Positions 16,801-27,500 of a stretch of DNA of 64,000 nucleotides are shown here, piece after piece. The translations under genes were made by a program, and so were the position numbers. The notes under the pieces were generated by a model. It was not told the DNA's origin. It did not search any database and saw nothing but the letters and a program-made list of their open reading frames with translations. Source of the DNA: a virus; IMG/VR virus record IMGVR_UViG_3300017731_000001. The stretch is one strand, 5' to 3'. Numbering within the stretch: position 1 is the stretch's first letter; each line of letters begins with the position of its first letter.

Positions 16801-19800
16801 TACCAGAAAAATTATATTATAACTTAGAAAAATCTGGATATATTAGCACTGCAGATGCCGAGGTTAATAATTATTCGGAAATAGAATATATTAAAAGTTC
16901 TTACAATTCTACATATCCTATTTCAGGAATTGGAGAAACGACATTTAATGTTGCACTTAATGAAATTCCAGAAAAACTATCTTATGAATCATCCGAATGT
17001 TCTACTTTGGAATATTCTACAACTTCATTAAATGCAGATGGACCAATTGAAAAAATTAATATTGTTTCTGGAGGGGCTGGATATAAAAAATTACCAAATT
17101 ATGTTGGTTCTTCAAATACCACAGCAAAAGATGCTAATTTGATTGCATCTTCCAAATCTGTTGGTAATACAAAAAATGTGAGAATAATTAATGAAGGATT
17201 TGAATATTCTTCTGATAGAACTTTACAACCAAAAGCAAATATACCAGCAATAGTTACAATTAAAAATTCAAATACTATTGGAATAGTTACAGTTATTAAT
17301 GGAGGAAAAAATTACACAGAATCTCCAAGAGTAGTGATAGTAGACACTGGTACTGGACAATCAATTGATAGAGGAATTTTATCAGCAAGTATTGTTGGAA
17401 ACTCTATTAGTTCAGTAGATGTTCTTCAGTCACCTAAAGGTCTTCCTGATAAATCAACAGAATTATTTACTGTAGAGAATACAAATGGAATTAGCATCCA
17501 AAGAGTCATCCAAGAAACAGACACTAGGTTTGTTTGTAGAATAACAACACCGGCTCTCGGATTTAGTACTAGTTCATTTAGTGTTGGAGAAAAAGTTTTT
17601 ATTGAGGGAATTCAAAAAGTTGGTGCTGCAGGTTCTGGATTTAACTCTGAAGATTATGGATATAAATTCTTCACTGTCAGTGAATATAAAAACTCTAAAT
17701 TTGTTGGAGGTATAACTCAAGATGAGGTTACAATTGATCTGAGTGAATTTACAACTAACATAGGAACTGCCAAGACAATTCAAGATTCTCTTGGAAATAT
17801 AATTAAAAAATCTGATTATCCAACTTTTGACATTGTTCAAGAAATATCTGAATTTACTTTAGGAGAAAAATTATCTATCAATGGACAAAATTCTAACTTA
17901 ATAGTTTCTGGACTTAATCCAGGATCTATAAAAATTTCCGGAGATGATAATGAAGATATAGTTGTTGGTGATATTCTTACAGGACAAGTAAGTTCAAATA
18001 TTGCTACTATAGATCACATTGTTAGAAATAATGGTAGATTTGAAGTTAGTTTCTCTAATAAAAAAAGAATAGGATGGGATAATAACATTGGTAAACTAAG
18101 TTCGGACGATCAAGTAATTCCTGATAACGATTATTATCAAAATCTTTCATATACAGTTAAGAGTCCTATTGAGTGGAGAGAATTTAGAACTCCTGTTAAT
18201 AGTCTTGTTCATACTAGTGGTCTTAAGAATTTTGGTGATCTTGGAATATCTTCAACAGCAAATGCTGGTATTGGTAGCACAACTGCATTTACTATAGTAC
18301 GTGATCTTTTAGAAGAACTTAGAGTAGATACCATTTATAATTTTGACAATGTTCTTGATATTGATGTTGTTGGATCTCAATCCAAATTCTTAAAATTACA
18401 AAATAGAAAATTAACTGATTTTACTTTATCAAAAAGTAATGTAGTTTTAAAAATTGATGATATCAGTGACACATTTTCTAATTCAAACAATATTGAAGAT
18501 ACTGATGTTAAAGATCTTTTCACATTTGCTAGTTCAGATTCCTTTGATGATGTTTTGGTTAGAGTAACTAATTCTAATAATAGCCAAATTCAATTAGCAG
18601 ATTTTACTATTATTAGTGATAATAGCGGAGGCAATTTCTTATTAGAAAAAGGAAATATTGCTAATATTGGGTCAGCTTTAACTTCTGTAGTGGGTGAGGA
18701 TTATGGAAGTTTTTCTGTGACGGATACAAATACATTAAGGTTTGCACCCAAAGATCCGGATAATATTGATTATAATTTTAAATTTATTAAAAACACTTTT
18801 GGATCTGCAACTTCTGGTGTTGGAACCACATCCATCGGATTTATAAATCTAACTGGTTTTAGTGGTGTTGTAACTTCTGGTGGTTCTGGAATAACCAGTT
18901 CTATTATCGGAGTTGCTACTGATAAATTTACTTCATTACATGTTAATACTCAAATTATTCAGTCTAATACAAATGAACTGAATTTTGTAGAATTGTATAT
19001 TACCCATAATGGTACAGATACTTTCTTATCAGAGTATTATTTTGATACTAATGAAAATGCTTCATCTTTCAATTTTATCGGTTCTTTTGGTGCTGATATT
19101 AGTTCTGGAGTTTTAAATCTAAGTTATACTAATGATACTGCAAATGATGTTCAACTGAGATCTAAGATTGTTGGATTTGGAACCACCTCAGTGGGAGTTG
19201 GAACACATAGATTTATCTTACCATCTCAACCAGAAGGATCTGAAAGAAGTGCAATAATCAAATCTGCATATGAAACTACAGTTTCAGCGGCCGCGACAAC
19301 AGTCATAAGTTTTGATAGAAATCTATTCAACTCAGTTAAATCTTTAGTTGAAGTAAGTATGGGGTCTACAAAAGCAGTTCATAATGTATTGGCTTTACAA
19401 GACAATACTTTTGATAATTATGTTCAACAATCATCTTTCCTTTCTGCTGGGGGAATAGGAGTAACTGATGCACAGAGTGGAATGGGAACATTTGGTGTGG
19501 AATATTCTGGAGAAAACTTTATACTTAAATTCTATCCAGATGCTGCAATGACATCATCTTTACAAGTTTCGTCTCTCAACGAAATGTTGTATACAGAATT
19601 AGATTTAAATAATACTGCACCCATTCATCAATATGGCGACATAACACAATCTTTAAATGCTGAATTCTATAATGCGGTAAATGGAAGTAGAATTGATAAA
19701 ACTGATTTTATAGCACAATCTAATGGAATTCCAATTTTTGGAAAAACTTTTAACCCAACTAACCCTTTACAATTAAATCTCAGTACTGGCGTATTTACAA

Positions 19801-22800
19801 TTGACAATCACTTCTTCAGAACTGGCGAAGCTCTTTCATATACTCCCCAATCAACTTTTGTTGGAGTTGGGTCAACTGCAATGACGTATGGTACTGGAAC
19901 GCCTTTACCATCAGTTGTATATGCAATTAGAGAAAATGATGATGAATTTAAACTTGCCACAACTAGAGCAAATGCGGAAGCAGGTGTAAATGTATCTTTC
20001 GGATCATCTGGTGAAGGAAATGCTCATGAATTGTCAATGTTATTAGGTAATGAAAAAACATTAATAACCATAGACAGTATAGCACAATACCCACTGAAGT
20101 TTACTCCAATTGCACATACACTATCAGGAAACCCTGGGGGTCAGATTGGAACCACATCCACATTTTTGAGTTTAAGTGGAATTTCTTCAATAACCCCGAC
20201 AGATTTAATAAAAATTAATGATGAATATATGAAGATTATAAGTGTTGGTATTGGAACTACAGCAGTTGGACCAATAACTGGAATAGGTCAGTCATCTTTG
20301 GTTGAAGTCAAGAGAGGAGTAGTTGGTTCCACAGCAACATCTCATTCTGCTGGGAATGAAGTTAGAGTATATAAAGGTTCGTATAATATTTCCGGTAGAA
20401 ATATTCACTTTGTTGATCCTCCAAAAGGAAACACTTCAGTTAAAAAAGATGTAAGTAATCTCGAACCAGCAAAATCAGATTTTACTGGCAGAGTTTATCT
20501 TAGAAATAATTATGATACAAATCAAATATATGACGATATTTCTAATCAATTTACTGGAATAGGGGCAACATTTACATTGACTGTTGGTGGAGCAAACACT
20601 ACTGGAATTGGAAGTACTGGTGGTAATGGCATTCTGTTTATAAATGGCATTTTCCAGACTCCTTCAACAGCCAATAATCCGGATAATAATTTTTCGTTAA
20701 ATGATGAAAGTACTGTGGGTGTAACAAGTGTTACCTTCAGTGGAATAACTTCTACGGATGGAACTAAGTATTTGTCAAATACTGATTATAATGCAAATCA
20801 ATTGCCGAGAGGAGGAGTAATTGTTTCCCTAGGATCCTCTGGTGGACTTGGATATGCACCCCTAGTTGGTGCTGCTGTGAGTGCCGTAGTTGGTGCCGGT
20901 GGTTCTATAGCAGGATTTACCACAGCATTAACTGGTGGTTCTTTTGGGTCTGGATATAATGGAATAGTATCAATAGGTGTGAGTGTTCATGAGAGTGGGC
21001 ATACTGGTGCTGCTGCAGTAGTATCAGCAACTGCTCTAGTTGGAGCCGGTGGAAGTTTATCTCTTATCGTAGTTGGAAATGGAGGATCGGGATATTCAAA
21101 TCCAGAAGTAATTGTTTCAGAACCAACTTATGAAGGTCTTGAGATAGAAGGAATTTCTAGATTAGGATTTGGTAATACTACACTAACTGGTGTTAATTTA
21201 TTGGTTGATATTGAGGTAGGTGCTGCAACAACAAGTGGAATAGGTTCTGATACATTTGAAGTTTCAAACTTTAAAATTGCAAGAAATGGATATGGATTCA
21301 GAAAAGGAGATATTATTAGACCAGTTGGTTTAGTCACACATAGTACTCTTTCATCAGCAACTTCCGAATTTTTATTGACAGTTGATGATGTATACAACGA
21401 TTCAATTGGAGCATGGCAATTTGGTGAATTTGATTACATAGATTCAATTAAAAATTTCCAAGATTCTAGTAGAACTAGATTCCCACTTTTCTATAATGAC
21501 GAACTTATAAGTTTTGAAGCACAGGAAGGAACACAAGTAAATCTTGCTAATGCATTATTAATTGTAATTAACGGCATTATTCAAGATCCTGGAGTTGCAT
21601 ATTTCTTTGAAGGTGGAACTTCATTCAGTTTTATTGAAGCACCTAAACCAGAAGATAATATTGATATTTTCTTCTATAGAGGAACCAGGAATGGTGATGA
21701 TCAATTGGTCACAAGTATCAATCAAACCATCAAACGGGGCGATTTGGTACAGGTTTATAAAAATAATGCAATTAATGGAACAATATCACAAAATAAAAGA
21801 ACTGTATTTGACTTATCATTCTCGGATAAATTCGAAACAAACTTATATTCTGGCAACGGAATTGATGAGACAAATTACAAACCACTTGCATGGACAAAAC
21901 AAAAAATAGATAAAATTATTAATGGTGAAATTGTTTATAAGTCCAGAGATTCTATAGAGACACAAGTATTCCCGACTGCTAAAATTATCAATACGGTAGA
22001 AAGCAGCGATACTGAAGTATTTGTAGAAAATTTGAAGTTGTTTGATTATGATTCTGCCAGTGATTTTAGTGGTTTGATTGTTAGTGGTTCTACAGATCCA
22101 GTAGCAGCTGCTATAACGGCCACTGTTTCGACTGCAGGAACTATCACTGGATATACAATTTCATCTGGTGGTAGTGGATATACCTCAATTCCGACTATTT
22201 CAGTTGTTGCTCCGCCAGAAGTTGGAGTTGGAGTAGGAACAACTGCGACTGCGACTGCCACTATTTCTGCCGGTGCAGTTTCATCAATTTTAGTTAATAA
22301 TCCAGGACTTGGATATACGATTGCTCCACAGGTTATCGTATCTCTTCCAAATCCAACTTATGAGAATATATCTAGCATTGACGTAATTCAAGGTTTTAGT
22401 GGTATTGTTACTGGAATTACTACCGTAAATGCTCAGGGAATAGGAACATTAGCAATTCAATTTAACTTACATAGATTAGATAGCATATCAAATTACAATA
22501 ATCTTGTTGTTGGATATCCAATTTACATCTATGATACTTCAGTCGGAAATGGCGTAACTTCAATTGCTAATAATGATTTATCTGTTGTTGGTGTTGGTAC
22601 AACTTTCGTAGATAATGTATACTTCATTCAGGAAATATCTAACGTTGGTCTTGCGGGTTCTATTGTTTGTTATGTAAATTCAGGAACTTCAGTTGTTGGT
22701 ATTGCAACAACATCAAATTCGAGCAATCCTGTTGGAAGATTCTCATGGGGAAGATTTGCTGGAATAAGTAGATCTAGTTCCCCAGTTTCTATAGCAGTAA

Positions 22801-22898
22801 CTGGAAATACTGTTGATGTTGGATTGACAACTTTCCCAACAATTCAGAGAAGAGGTACTGGATTAAGGGATGGAGGAGCACTTCCAAAAAATATATAA
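10869..22898 (+). CDS. gp7: Baseplate wedge initiator gp7-like giant protein, 4009 aa
   Basis: Lies between gp6 and gp8; FYQSKGT..SFRILF and YYQNLSYTVKS...VHTSG motifs; many repeated beta-rich domains. Confidence 0.85.
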   Translation: MIQTGFESKVKIQQIIDNQLPEFILDENPKTVEFLKQYYISQEYQGGPVDIVDNLDQYLKLDNLTPEVIVDSTYATSGISSTDTTIAVNSTKGFPSQYGLFKINNEVITYTGITTNSFTGCQRGFSGITSYHSELNQEELVFSDTSKENHNEDATVYNLSSLFLRDFYKKLKYTFAPGLEDVDFAKELNAGNFIKEAKSFYQSKGTDESFRILFNVLYGATPRVVNLEDYLIKPSSAEYLRREIAIAEVISGDPSKLVGQTITKSTDSGTTAAISELEPFTRNNKQYFKLSLFIGYDESSTIQGNFAITPSTKNIETVAIGASVISVDSTIGFAQTGMVISGINSITYSDKTVNQFIGCTGVASTISSASNIRSDEIYFGYEDGDSDKRVEIRLTGVLSNFIQVSDDLNISEGDTISVNNVGDLILNPSIGNRTYKEIFANSWIYNTSSSYEIKDFGVNLSLTLKSEIDKSSLKEGDSVEIIESSGNNPGKVVFPTSSSSITHVVDISPDKKSISLDNFTFNPSPNVEYSLRRKINKARSTGAPIEYGNSAILGDVQNVYTDSTENFGYVASNSLPSSTTGLTTFFTYEITKEINSAFIDSEVSLGNINELNNYTTITFSENAPFLTGDKILYKPDVDPLEGLVEGSYFVEVLASNKKTIKLYNSSSFIGSTDFATFSVPSSGMNKHTFTLFEQRIGEIGAQKLLKKFSIPPNNKNGKGELTIPGTTGMLINGVEVVNYKSEDKIYYGPLNSIKVLNGGSNYDVINLPQLSVSAGLGTTALCRPVIQGSIERVDIDTQDFDIDNVTSIKVIGGNGTGADIRAVVGKRVREVNFDGQLISSNGGVDNNTNQITFLTDHNFSDGQEVIYDSNRNTGIGVGIGTSSLVDEGSYFVKIDNNTTVQLFESYDDYSSNSNVVGLSTLYTTGIHKFKTKEKTKTISSVDVINGGSGYTNRKLIVSPTGITTSNGLISFKNHGFADGDLILYSTDGTSITGLTTSTGITTTSVQYQIIKVDNNSFKLANAGVGGTSPLNYQNNNFVKLSSTGVGYQNFAYPDISVSIEFTSVGVGTTVSTRTLSATPLVKGSIIDAYIYDAGTGYGSSAINFEKKPLITLKSGKKAQLKPIIVGGMVDVVNVQFGGVEYFSVPDLEVIDSSGSGSGALLRPVISTSGKITDVKIINAGIGYSSTSTSIKVVPSGSGAIFDTEVRSLSVNNIHKYGNEILRETKNKLQYTISGYYTELRSTFKDVQSKVSGIIGWAYDGNPIYGPYANSDVLDTSSGPIRLESGYTSNSSRIIDRPMGFDDGFFIEDYEYTNSGDLDRHNGRFTKTVDFPNGVYAYFATIDSNGNPQFPYFIGDKYRTNTLEENKLLNQEFNFTNSNLLRNTFPYKVSDPFANNDFLIETNEISRQKSVIESVTEGPIEKIDILNSGTGYKVNDSLNFDNNETNGDGVIAKITSILGKNVYNIQTSIETYDDAIFTWNGENEIKVSILPQHNLRDKEYVTISGFSSDLSQLNNNFQIGISSFYSNLSSPIVGSDASPGAATTEIYVSQIPSSVSAGSSVGIGSETLQILNIFPNLNILRVKRGLVGTSHTTTTKIEYIPDSFTISKNASYFESSVNDKAYFNPKESVGVGTIVGISSSMTFEFGDSSVTRDILTQRIYIENHPFITNQPVNLIVPAGGAISISNTSLSTPYNLPISGVTTTVYVVKKTINSIGIKTGIGNEFKEVFFRNNGTDSDEYLFESISPQKKSKVQRINSVVSISTVGLNTVDPGQTYHKLSSGDKITLNVQPKIFGGIGTDTSVIVKRDTLTDSLIVNPITIDPSNIDSVTNQITINSHKLETGQKVSYAASLPASGLSTGSYYVYRINENIIQLSETYINSTSNPPNVVSIANTGGGTQTISPINPKIKIVKNNSLVFDLSDSSLDGYLLKIYYDNQFNNEFVSTGSTSGITIAGVGTVGVSANAKLTLNYNTDNSTNILPEKLYYNLEKSGYISTADAEVNNYSEIEYIKSSYNSTYPISGIGETTFNVALNEIPEKLSYESSECSTLEYSTTSLNADGPIEKINIVSGGAGYKKLPNYVGSSNTTAKDANLIASSKSVGNTKNVRIINEGFEYSSDRTLQPKANIPAIVTIKNSNTIGIVTVINGGKNYTESPRVVIVDTGTGQSIDRGILSASIVGNSISSVDVLQSPKGLPDKSTELFTVENTNGISIQRVIQETDTRFVCRITTPALGFSTSSFSVGEKVFIEGIQKVGAAGSGFNSEDYGYKFFTVSEYKNSKFVGGITQDEVTIDLSEFTTNIGTAKTIQDSLGNIIKKSDYPTFDIVQEISEFTLGEKLSINGQNSNLIVSGLNPGSIKISGDDNEDIVVGDILTGQVSSNIATIDHIVRNNGRFEVSFSNKKRIGWDNNIGKLSSDDQVIPDNDYYQNLSYTVKSPIEWREFRTPVNSLVHTSGLKNFGDLGISSTANAGIGSTTAFTIVRDLLEELRVDTIYNFDNVLDIDVVGSQSKFLKLQNRKLTDFTLSKSNVVLKIDDISDTFSNSNNIEDTDVKDLFTFASSDSFDDVLVRVTNSNNSQIQLADFTIISDNSGGNFLLEKGNIANIGSALTSVVGEDYGSFSVTDTNTLRFAPKDPDNIDYNFKFIKNTFGSATSGVGTTSIGFINLTGFSGVVTSGGSGITSSIIGVATDKFTSLHVNTQIIQSNTNELNFVELYITHNGTDTFLSEYYFDTNENASSFNFIGSFGADISSGVLNLSYTNDTANDVQLRSKIVGFGTTSVGVGTHRFILPSQPEGSERSAIIKSAYETTVSAAATTVISFDRNLFNSVKSLVEVSMGSTKAVHNVLALQDNTFDNYVQQSSFLSAGGIGVTDAQSGMGTFGVEYSGENFILKFYPDAAMTSSLQVSSLNEMLYTELDLNNTAPIHQYGDITQSLNAEFYNAVNGSRIDKTDFIAQSNGIPIFGKTFNPTNPLQLNLSTGVFTIDNHFFRTGEALSYTPQSTFVGVGSTAMTYGTGTPLPSVVYAIRENDDEFKLATTRANAEAGVNVSFGSSGEGNAHELSMLLGNEKTLITIDSIAQYPLKFTPIAHTLSGNPGGQIGTTSTFLSLSGISSITPTDLIKINDEYMKIISVGIGTTAVGPITGIGQSSLVEVKRGVVGSTATSHSAGNEVRVYKGSYNISGRNIHFVDPPKGNTSVKKDVSNLEPAKSDFTGRVYLRNNYDTNQIYDDISNQFTGIGATFTLTVGGANTTGIGSTGGNGILFINGIFQTPSTANNPDNNFSLNDESTVGVTSVTFSGITSTDGTKYLSNTDYNANQLPRGGVIVSLGSSGGLGYAPLVGAAVSAVVGAGGSIAGFTTALTGGSFGSGYNGIVSIGVSVHESGHTGAAAVVSATALVGAGGSLSLIVVGNGGSGYSNPEVIVSEPTYEGLEIEGISRLGFGNTTLTGVNLLVDIEVGAATTSGIGSDTFEVSNFKIARNGYGFRKGDIIRPVGLVTHSTLSSATSEFLLTVDDVYNDSIGAWQFGEFDYIDSIKNFQDSSRTRFPLFYNDELISFEAQEGTQVNLANALLIVINGIIQDPGVAYFFEGGTSFSFIEAPKPEDNIDIFFYRGTRNGDDQLVTSINQTIKRGDLVQVYKNNAINGTISQNKRTVFDLSFSDKFETNLYSGNGIDETNYKPLAWTKQKIDKIINGEIVYKSRDSIETQVFPTAKIINTVESSDTEVFVENLKLFDYDSASDFSGLIVSGSTDPVAAAITATVSTAGTITGYTISSGGSGYTSIPTISVVAPPEVGVGVGTTATATATISAGAVSSILVNNPGLGYTIAPQVIVSLPNPTYENISSIDVIQGFSGIVTGITTVNAQGIGTLAIQFNLHRLDSISNYNNLVVGYPIYIYDTSVGNGVTSIANNDLSVVGVGTTFVDNVYFIQEISNVGLAGSIVCYVNSGTSVVGIATTSNSSNPVGRFSWGRFAGISRSSSPVSIAVTGNTVDVGLTTFPTIQRRGTGLRDGGALPKNI

Positions 22899-22921
22899 TG
22901 AATATATAATGACAATTCTCT

Positions 22922-22929
22922 TATAAATA
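22922..22929 (+). promoter_or_regulatory. T4-type late promoter
   Basis: TATAAATA upstream of gp8. Confidence 0.8.
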
Positions 22930-22946
22930 TCTAAAAAACTATTAAT

Positions 22947-24494
22947 ATGGCTGCGGTAGTAACAGATCAATTTAGAATATCAAATGCAAATAATTTTGTA
23001 GACTCTGTAGCAAATACGAGCAATTCTTATTATGTATTTTTAGGATTACCAAATCCAGCTAATCCAGTATCTGGTTTTGGTAGAACTACTTCAGATACTG
23101 AATGGAATAGTAATACTCCAACTCCAACAGATAATTTGCAGTTTACTTCACAATATAGAGATACTGCTTTATTTGGAAAAAAAGTGACAACATCTAATGT
23201 TAGAAGACTTATACGAAAAGTTAATTGGGCTTCTAATACTAGATATGACATGTACAGGCATGATTATAGTATTTCAAATCCTGCCCCCAATTCCAATCTA
23301 AGTAGATTATATGATACGAATTATTATGTGATTAATAGTGACTTTAGAGTTTATATTTGTATCGATAATGGTTCTTCAGGTTCTAATTTGAAAGGAAATG
23401 TATCAAAGGATGAACCAACATTTACTGACTTAGAACCATCAGCAGCTGGAACTAGTGGTGATGGATATATTTGGAAATATCTTTTTTCAGTAGCTCCTAG
23501 CGATATTATAAAATTTGATTCTACCGAGTATGTTGTAGTCCCTAATGACTGGGCAACAACAACAGATACCCAAATTCAAAGTATTAGAGAAGCAGGTGAT
23601 TCTGATATAAATTTGAATCAGATTAAGAAAATATACATTGCTAATGGTGGATCTAATTACACCTCCGGAATTGTGGCAATTAACGGTGATGGAAGTGGTG
23701 CCAAAGCATTAATTGATGTAAATTCTTCCGGAACAATAACTTCTGCCACTGTAACTGCTGGTGGTAGTGGATATACTTATGGAATAGTCGATTTAGGATC
23801 TCTTCAACCTTCCGGAACATTGGCAGATCCTGCAAATTTAATACCAATTATTCCACCATCAAGAGGTCATGGTTATGATATCTATACTGAATTAGGTACA
23901 GATAAAATATTAATCTATGCCAGATTTGATGATTCGAATAGGGATTTTCCAATTGACACCAAATTTACTCAAATTGGAGTATTAAAAAATCCGCAACAAT
24001 ATTCATCTGCTACAATATATACTGCCAATCAATATTCATCTTTATTTTCAGTAAGATTGAATTCAGTTACATCAACTCCAGTTGTAGGTGCAGCAATGTC
24101 ACAATCGGTAAGTGGAGGTGCTGCTAAAGGATATGTTGCATCATATGACGATGAAACTAAAGTATTAAAATATTTTCAAGATAGATCATTATACTTTGGA
24201 AATACAAAAGATCATACTGACATTGATAATGTTAGTAGTAATAGTAAATTATTATCTTTTGAATCTTCAGGTAATAATATTTCCCCATTTACAGGATCAA
24301 TTGATACTGGATTTTCTGGAATTAAAACAACCATAAATTCTAAGGAAATTGATTTGGGAGTCAATTTTACAAATGGACTTGCAAATCCCGAGATAAATAA
24401 GAAGACAGGGGAAATCATTTACATTGATAATAGACCTCTAATTCAAAGAGATTCTCGCCAAAAAGAAGACGTTAAAATTATTCTGGAATTCTAA
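22947..24494 (+). CDS. gp8: Baseplate wedge subunit gp8
   Basis: YDMYRHDY, FRVYICIDN, DGYIWKYLF and C-terminal GEIIYIDNR...QKEDVKIILEF. Confidence 0.92.
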   Translation: MAAVVTDQFRISNANNFVDSVANTSNSYYVFLGLPNPANPVSGFGRTTSDTEWNSNTPTPTDNLQFTSQYRDTALFGKKVTTSNVRRLIRKVNWASNTRYDMYRHDYSISNPAPNSNLSRLYDTNYYVINSDFRVYICIDNGSSGSNLKGNVSKDEPTFTDLEPSAAGTSGDGYIWKYLFSVAPSDIIKFDSTEYVVVPNDWATTTDTQIQSIREAGDSDINLNQIKKIYIANGGSNYTSGIVAINGDGSGAKALIDVNSSGTITSATVTAGGSGYTYGIVDLGSLQPSGTLADPANLIPIIPPSRGHGYDIYTELGTDKILIYARFDDSNRDFPIDTKFTQIGVLKNPQQYSSATIYTANQYSSLFSVRLNSVTSTPVVGAAMSQSVSGGAAKGYVASYDDETKVLKYFQDRSLYFGNTKDHTDIDNVSSNSKLLSFESSGNNISPFTGSIDTGFSGIKTTINSKEIDLGVNFTNGLANPEINKKTGEIIYIDNRPLIQRDSRQKEDVKIILEF

Positions 24495-24500
24495 AGAAAA

Positions 24501-27500
24501 ATGTCACAAAAAACAAACTTAAATATCAATCCATATTATGATGACTATGATTCTGAAAAGAATTTTTATAAGGTCTTATTTAAACCAGGATTTCCAGTTC
24601 AAGCAAGAGAATTAACAACGTTACAATCTGTTCTGCAGGGACAGGTAGAATCTTTTGGTAGTCATATATTTAAAGAAGGTTCAGTTGTTATACCGGGAAA
24701 TATTTCTTATGATGGCCAGTTTTATGCTGTAAAACTTAATGCTACTAGTGCTGGAATTGATGTCGCACTGTATATTGAAAATTTTATAGGTAAAAAAATA
24801 ATTGGTCAAGAATCAGGCACTACTGCCAAAATTCAACAAATTGAATTTGCTGATAATAATAATTTTGAATTTTTGACAATTTACGTAAAATATCTAGACT
24901 CTGATAACGATTTTGAATTTACTCCGTTTCAAGATGGAGAATCCTTATCTTGTGTGGATAATGTAACTTATGGAAACACTACTATTCCTGCAGAAACAGA
25001 ATTTGCATCTTTAATCGCATCAGATGCAACTGCTATTGGTTCTGCAGCTTCCATTGGTAAGGGGGTTTATTTTATTAGAGGATATTTTGTAAATGTTTCG
25101 CAGCAAACTTTACTTTTAGATAATTATACGAATACACCATCATATAGAGTTGGTTTAAAAATTGATGAGTTAATTTTAGGGTCTAAAGATGATGAGTCTT
25201 TATTTGATAATGCAAAAGGATTTACAAATTTTGCCGCGCCAGGTGCAGATAGATTTAAAATAAATTTAACTCTTACCAAAAAATTAATATCAGACGTTAA
25301 TGATACAGATTTTGTTGAACTTTTAAGATTAAAAGATGGTAAGATTCAAAAAATTACCACAAAAACACAATATAATCAAATTCGTGATTATATGGCTGAA
25401 AGAACATATGATGAATCTGGTGATTATGCAGTAATACCATTTGATCCGTCAGTTCATAATTCATTGAATAATAGACTAGGGAATAACGGTCTTTTCTTCT
25501 CCAATGAATTAACAGAACAAAGAAATACACCATCCGAAGATTTGATGTGTTTCAAAATATCTCCAGGAAAAGCATATGGGAGGGGATATGATGTAGAAAA
25601 AGTTGGAACTACAATAATTGATGTAGACAAACCTAGAGATACACAAAAAGAATCTAACGTAACTGTCCCATTTGAGATGGGAAATTTACTTAGAGTTAAT
25701 AACGTTACTGGTGTTCCTCAAAACAAAGCAACAATTCAATTATTAAATAGAAAAACAGGTGATACAGAATCAGTAATAGGTGACGCTAGAGTATATACCT
25801 TTAATCTTACAGATGCTGCATATTCTGGAGTAGAAACAAAGTATGATTTGAGATTATATGATATTCAAACATATACAAAATTATCCCTCAATCAGAGCGT
25901 AGATGCCACTGATATGCCAGAGGGATCTTTTATTAAAGGTAAGAGTAGTGGTGCAAGTGGATTTCTTGTTGGTGCTGGTGGAGGAGCGTCTGTAGGTATT
26001 TTATTGAGACAAACTTCTGGTTCTTTTGCTAAAGGAGAGCAAATAACTATTAATGGAGTTGATTTCTCAAGAACAATTTCAGATTTTATTGAATATGGAA
26101 CTCAAAATATTAAATCAGTAAAACAGGCAGCGGGTAGTGGTTTTCCTGCATTTACGGCAGATTCAGTTCTTGAAAAATTTGATATGCCCAATGGAATATC
26201 ACAAATATCAATTCCATTAGTTGGTAATTTAGGAAATACTGGTGTTTCAACAGTAACAGTAACAGGAAACGTATTCAGTGGAATAAAAACTGATACTCTT
26301 ATTTCATATCAAAGACCAGGATTTAGTACCGAAACTGTTAATAGAGTTTCTTCTATCTCTGCGGATAAACTTTCTATAGAACTTAGTCCAGTCAGTGCTG
26401 GTGCCGGAATCACTGGTGTTTATGATGGCAAGTTACCTTCTGGAAGTGGAAATCTTTTAGTTACACCACTTGCTCGTGGACCAATTATTGATAGTGAAAA
26501 TGCACAGTTATTTTCACGATTGCCAGATATTAATATTTCTTCAGTAGATTTACTTAATTCAACATTTACAGTTGTCGATCAAATAACTGGAGAATCTACC
26601 GATTCTTCTGGCACATTGACATTTGATCTTTCAAGTATTTCTGGAATAACCAGTGCTTCTTTTGCAACTTTTGATCAGGAGAGATATGGCGTTCATTATT
26701 CTACCGGAATAGCAGGAACAATTACAAGTGATACTTTTGATTTAACAAATAATGTCGTAACAATTAAAGGATTGAGAGCAAGTCAATCAAATATTATTGT
26801 AAATACAACTCTTACTAAATTTGGAGTTCAAAGTAAGATTAAGCAATATAATAGAAGTCAGACATTAAATATAACAAGATCAAAATATTCCGATTCTGGA
26901 GTTGGTATTAATACTTCCAACAATGATGGACTCAATTTTAATACTCAATATGGATTAAGAGTTCAGGATGAAGAAATTTCTTTAAACTATCCAGATGTTG
27001 CAAAAGTTATAGTAATTTATGAATCTTTGGGAACAGGAAATCCCACTTTAGATAAATTTCAGTTTACTTCAACCGCTAATGTTCAAACGAATGCAATAAT
27101 TGGGGAAAATATAGTAGGAAATTCTAGTAATGCGATTGCTAGAGTTGTTTCATCTCCATCTGCAAATAATTTAGAGTTAGTATATTTGTCCGACGATGTA
27201 TTTAATGTTGGCGAAACAGTAACTTTCCAAGAATCAAATATAATTACAGAAATAGAAACTATTACATTGGGAAGTTATAAAGATGTAACTCAATTATTTA
27301 AATTGAATAAGGGACAGAAGGATGAATATTATGATTATTCCAGAATTGTTAGAAATAAAAATGTTCCAGAACCAACTCGTAGATTATTAGTCATCTTCGA
27401 TTATTATTCTGTGCCATCTGATGATAATGGAGATGCATTTACTGTATTGAGTTATGATGAAGAAAGATTTGCACAAGATATACCAACCATAGGTCGTTAT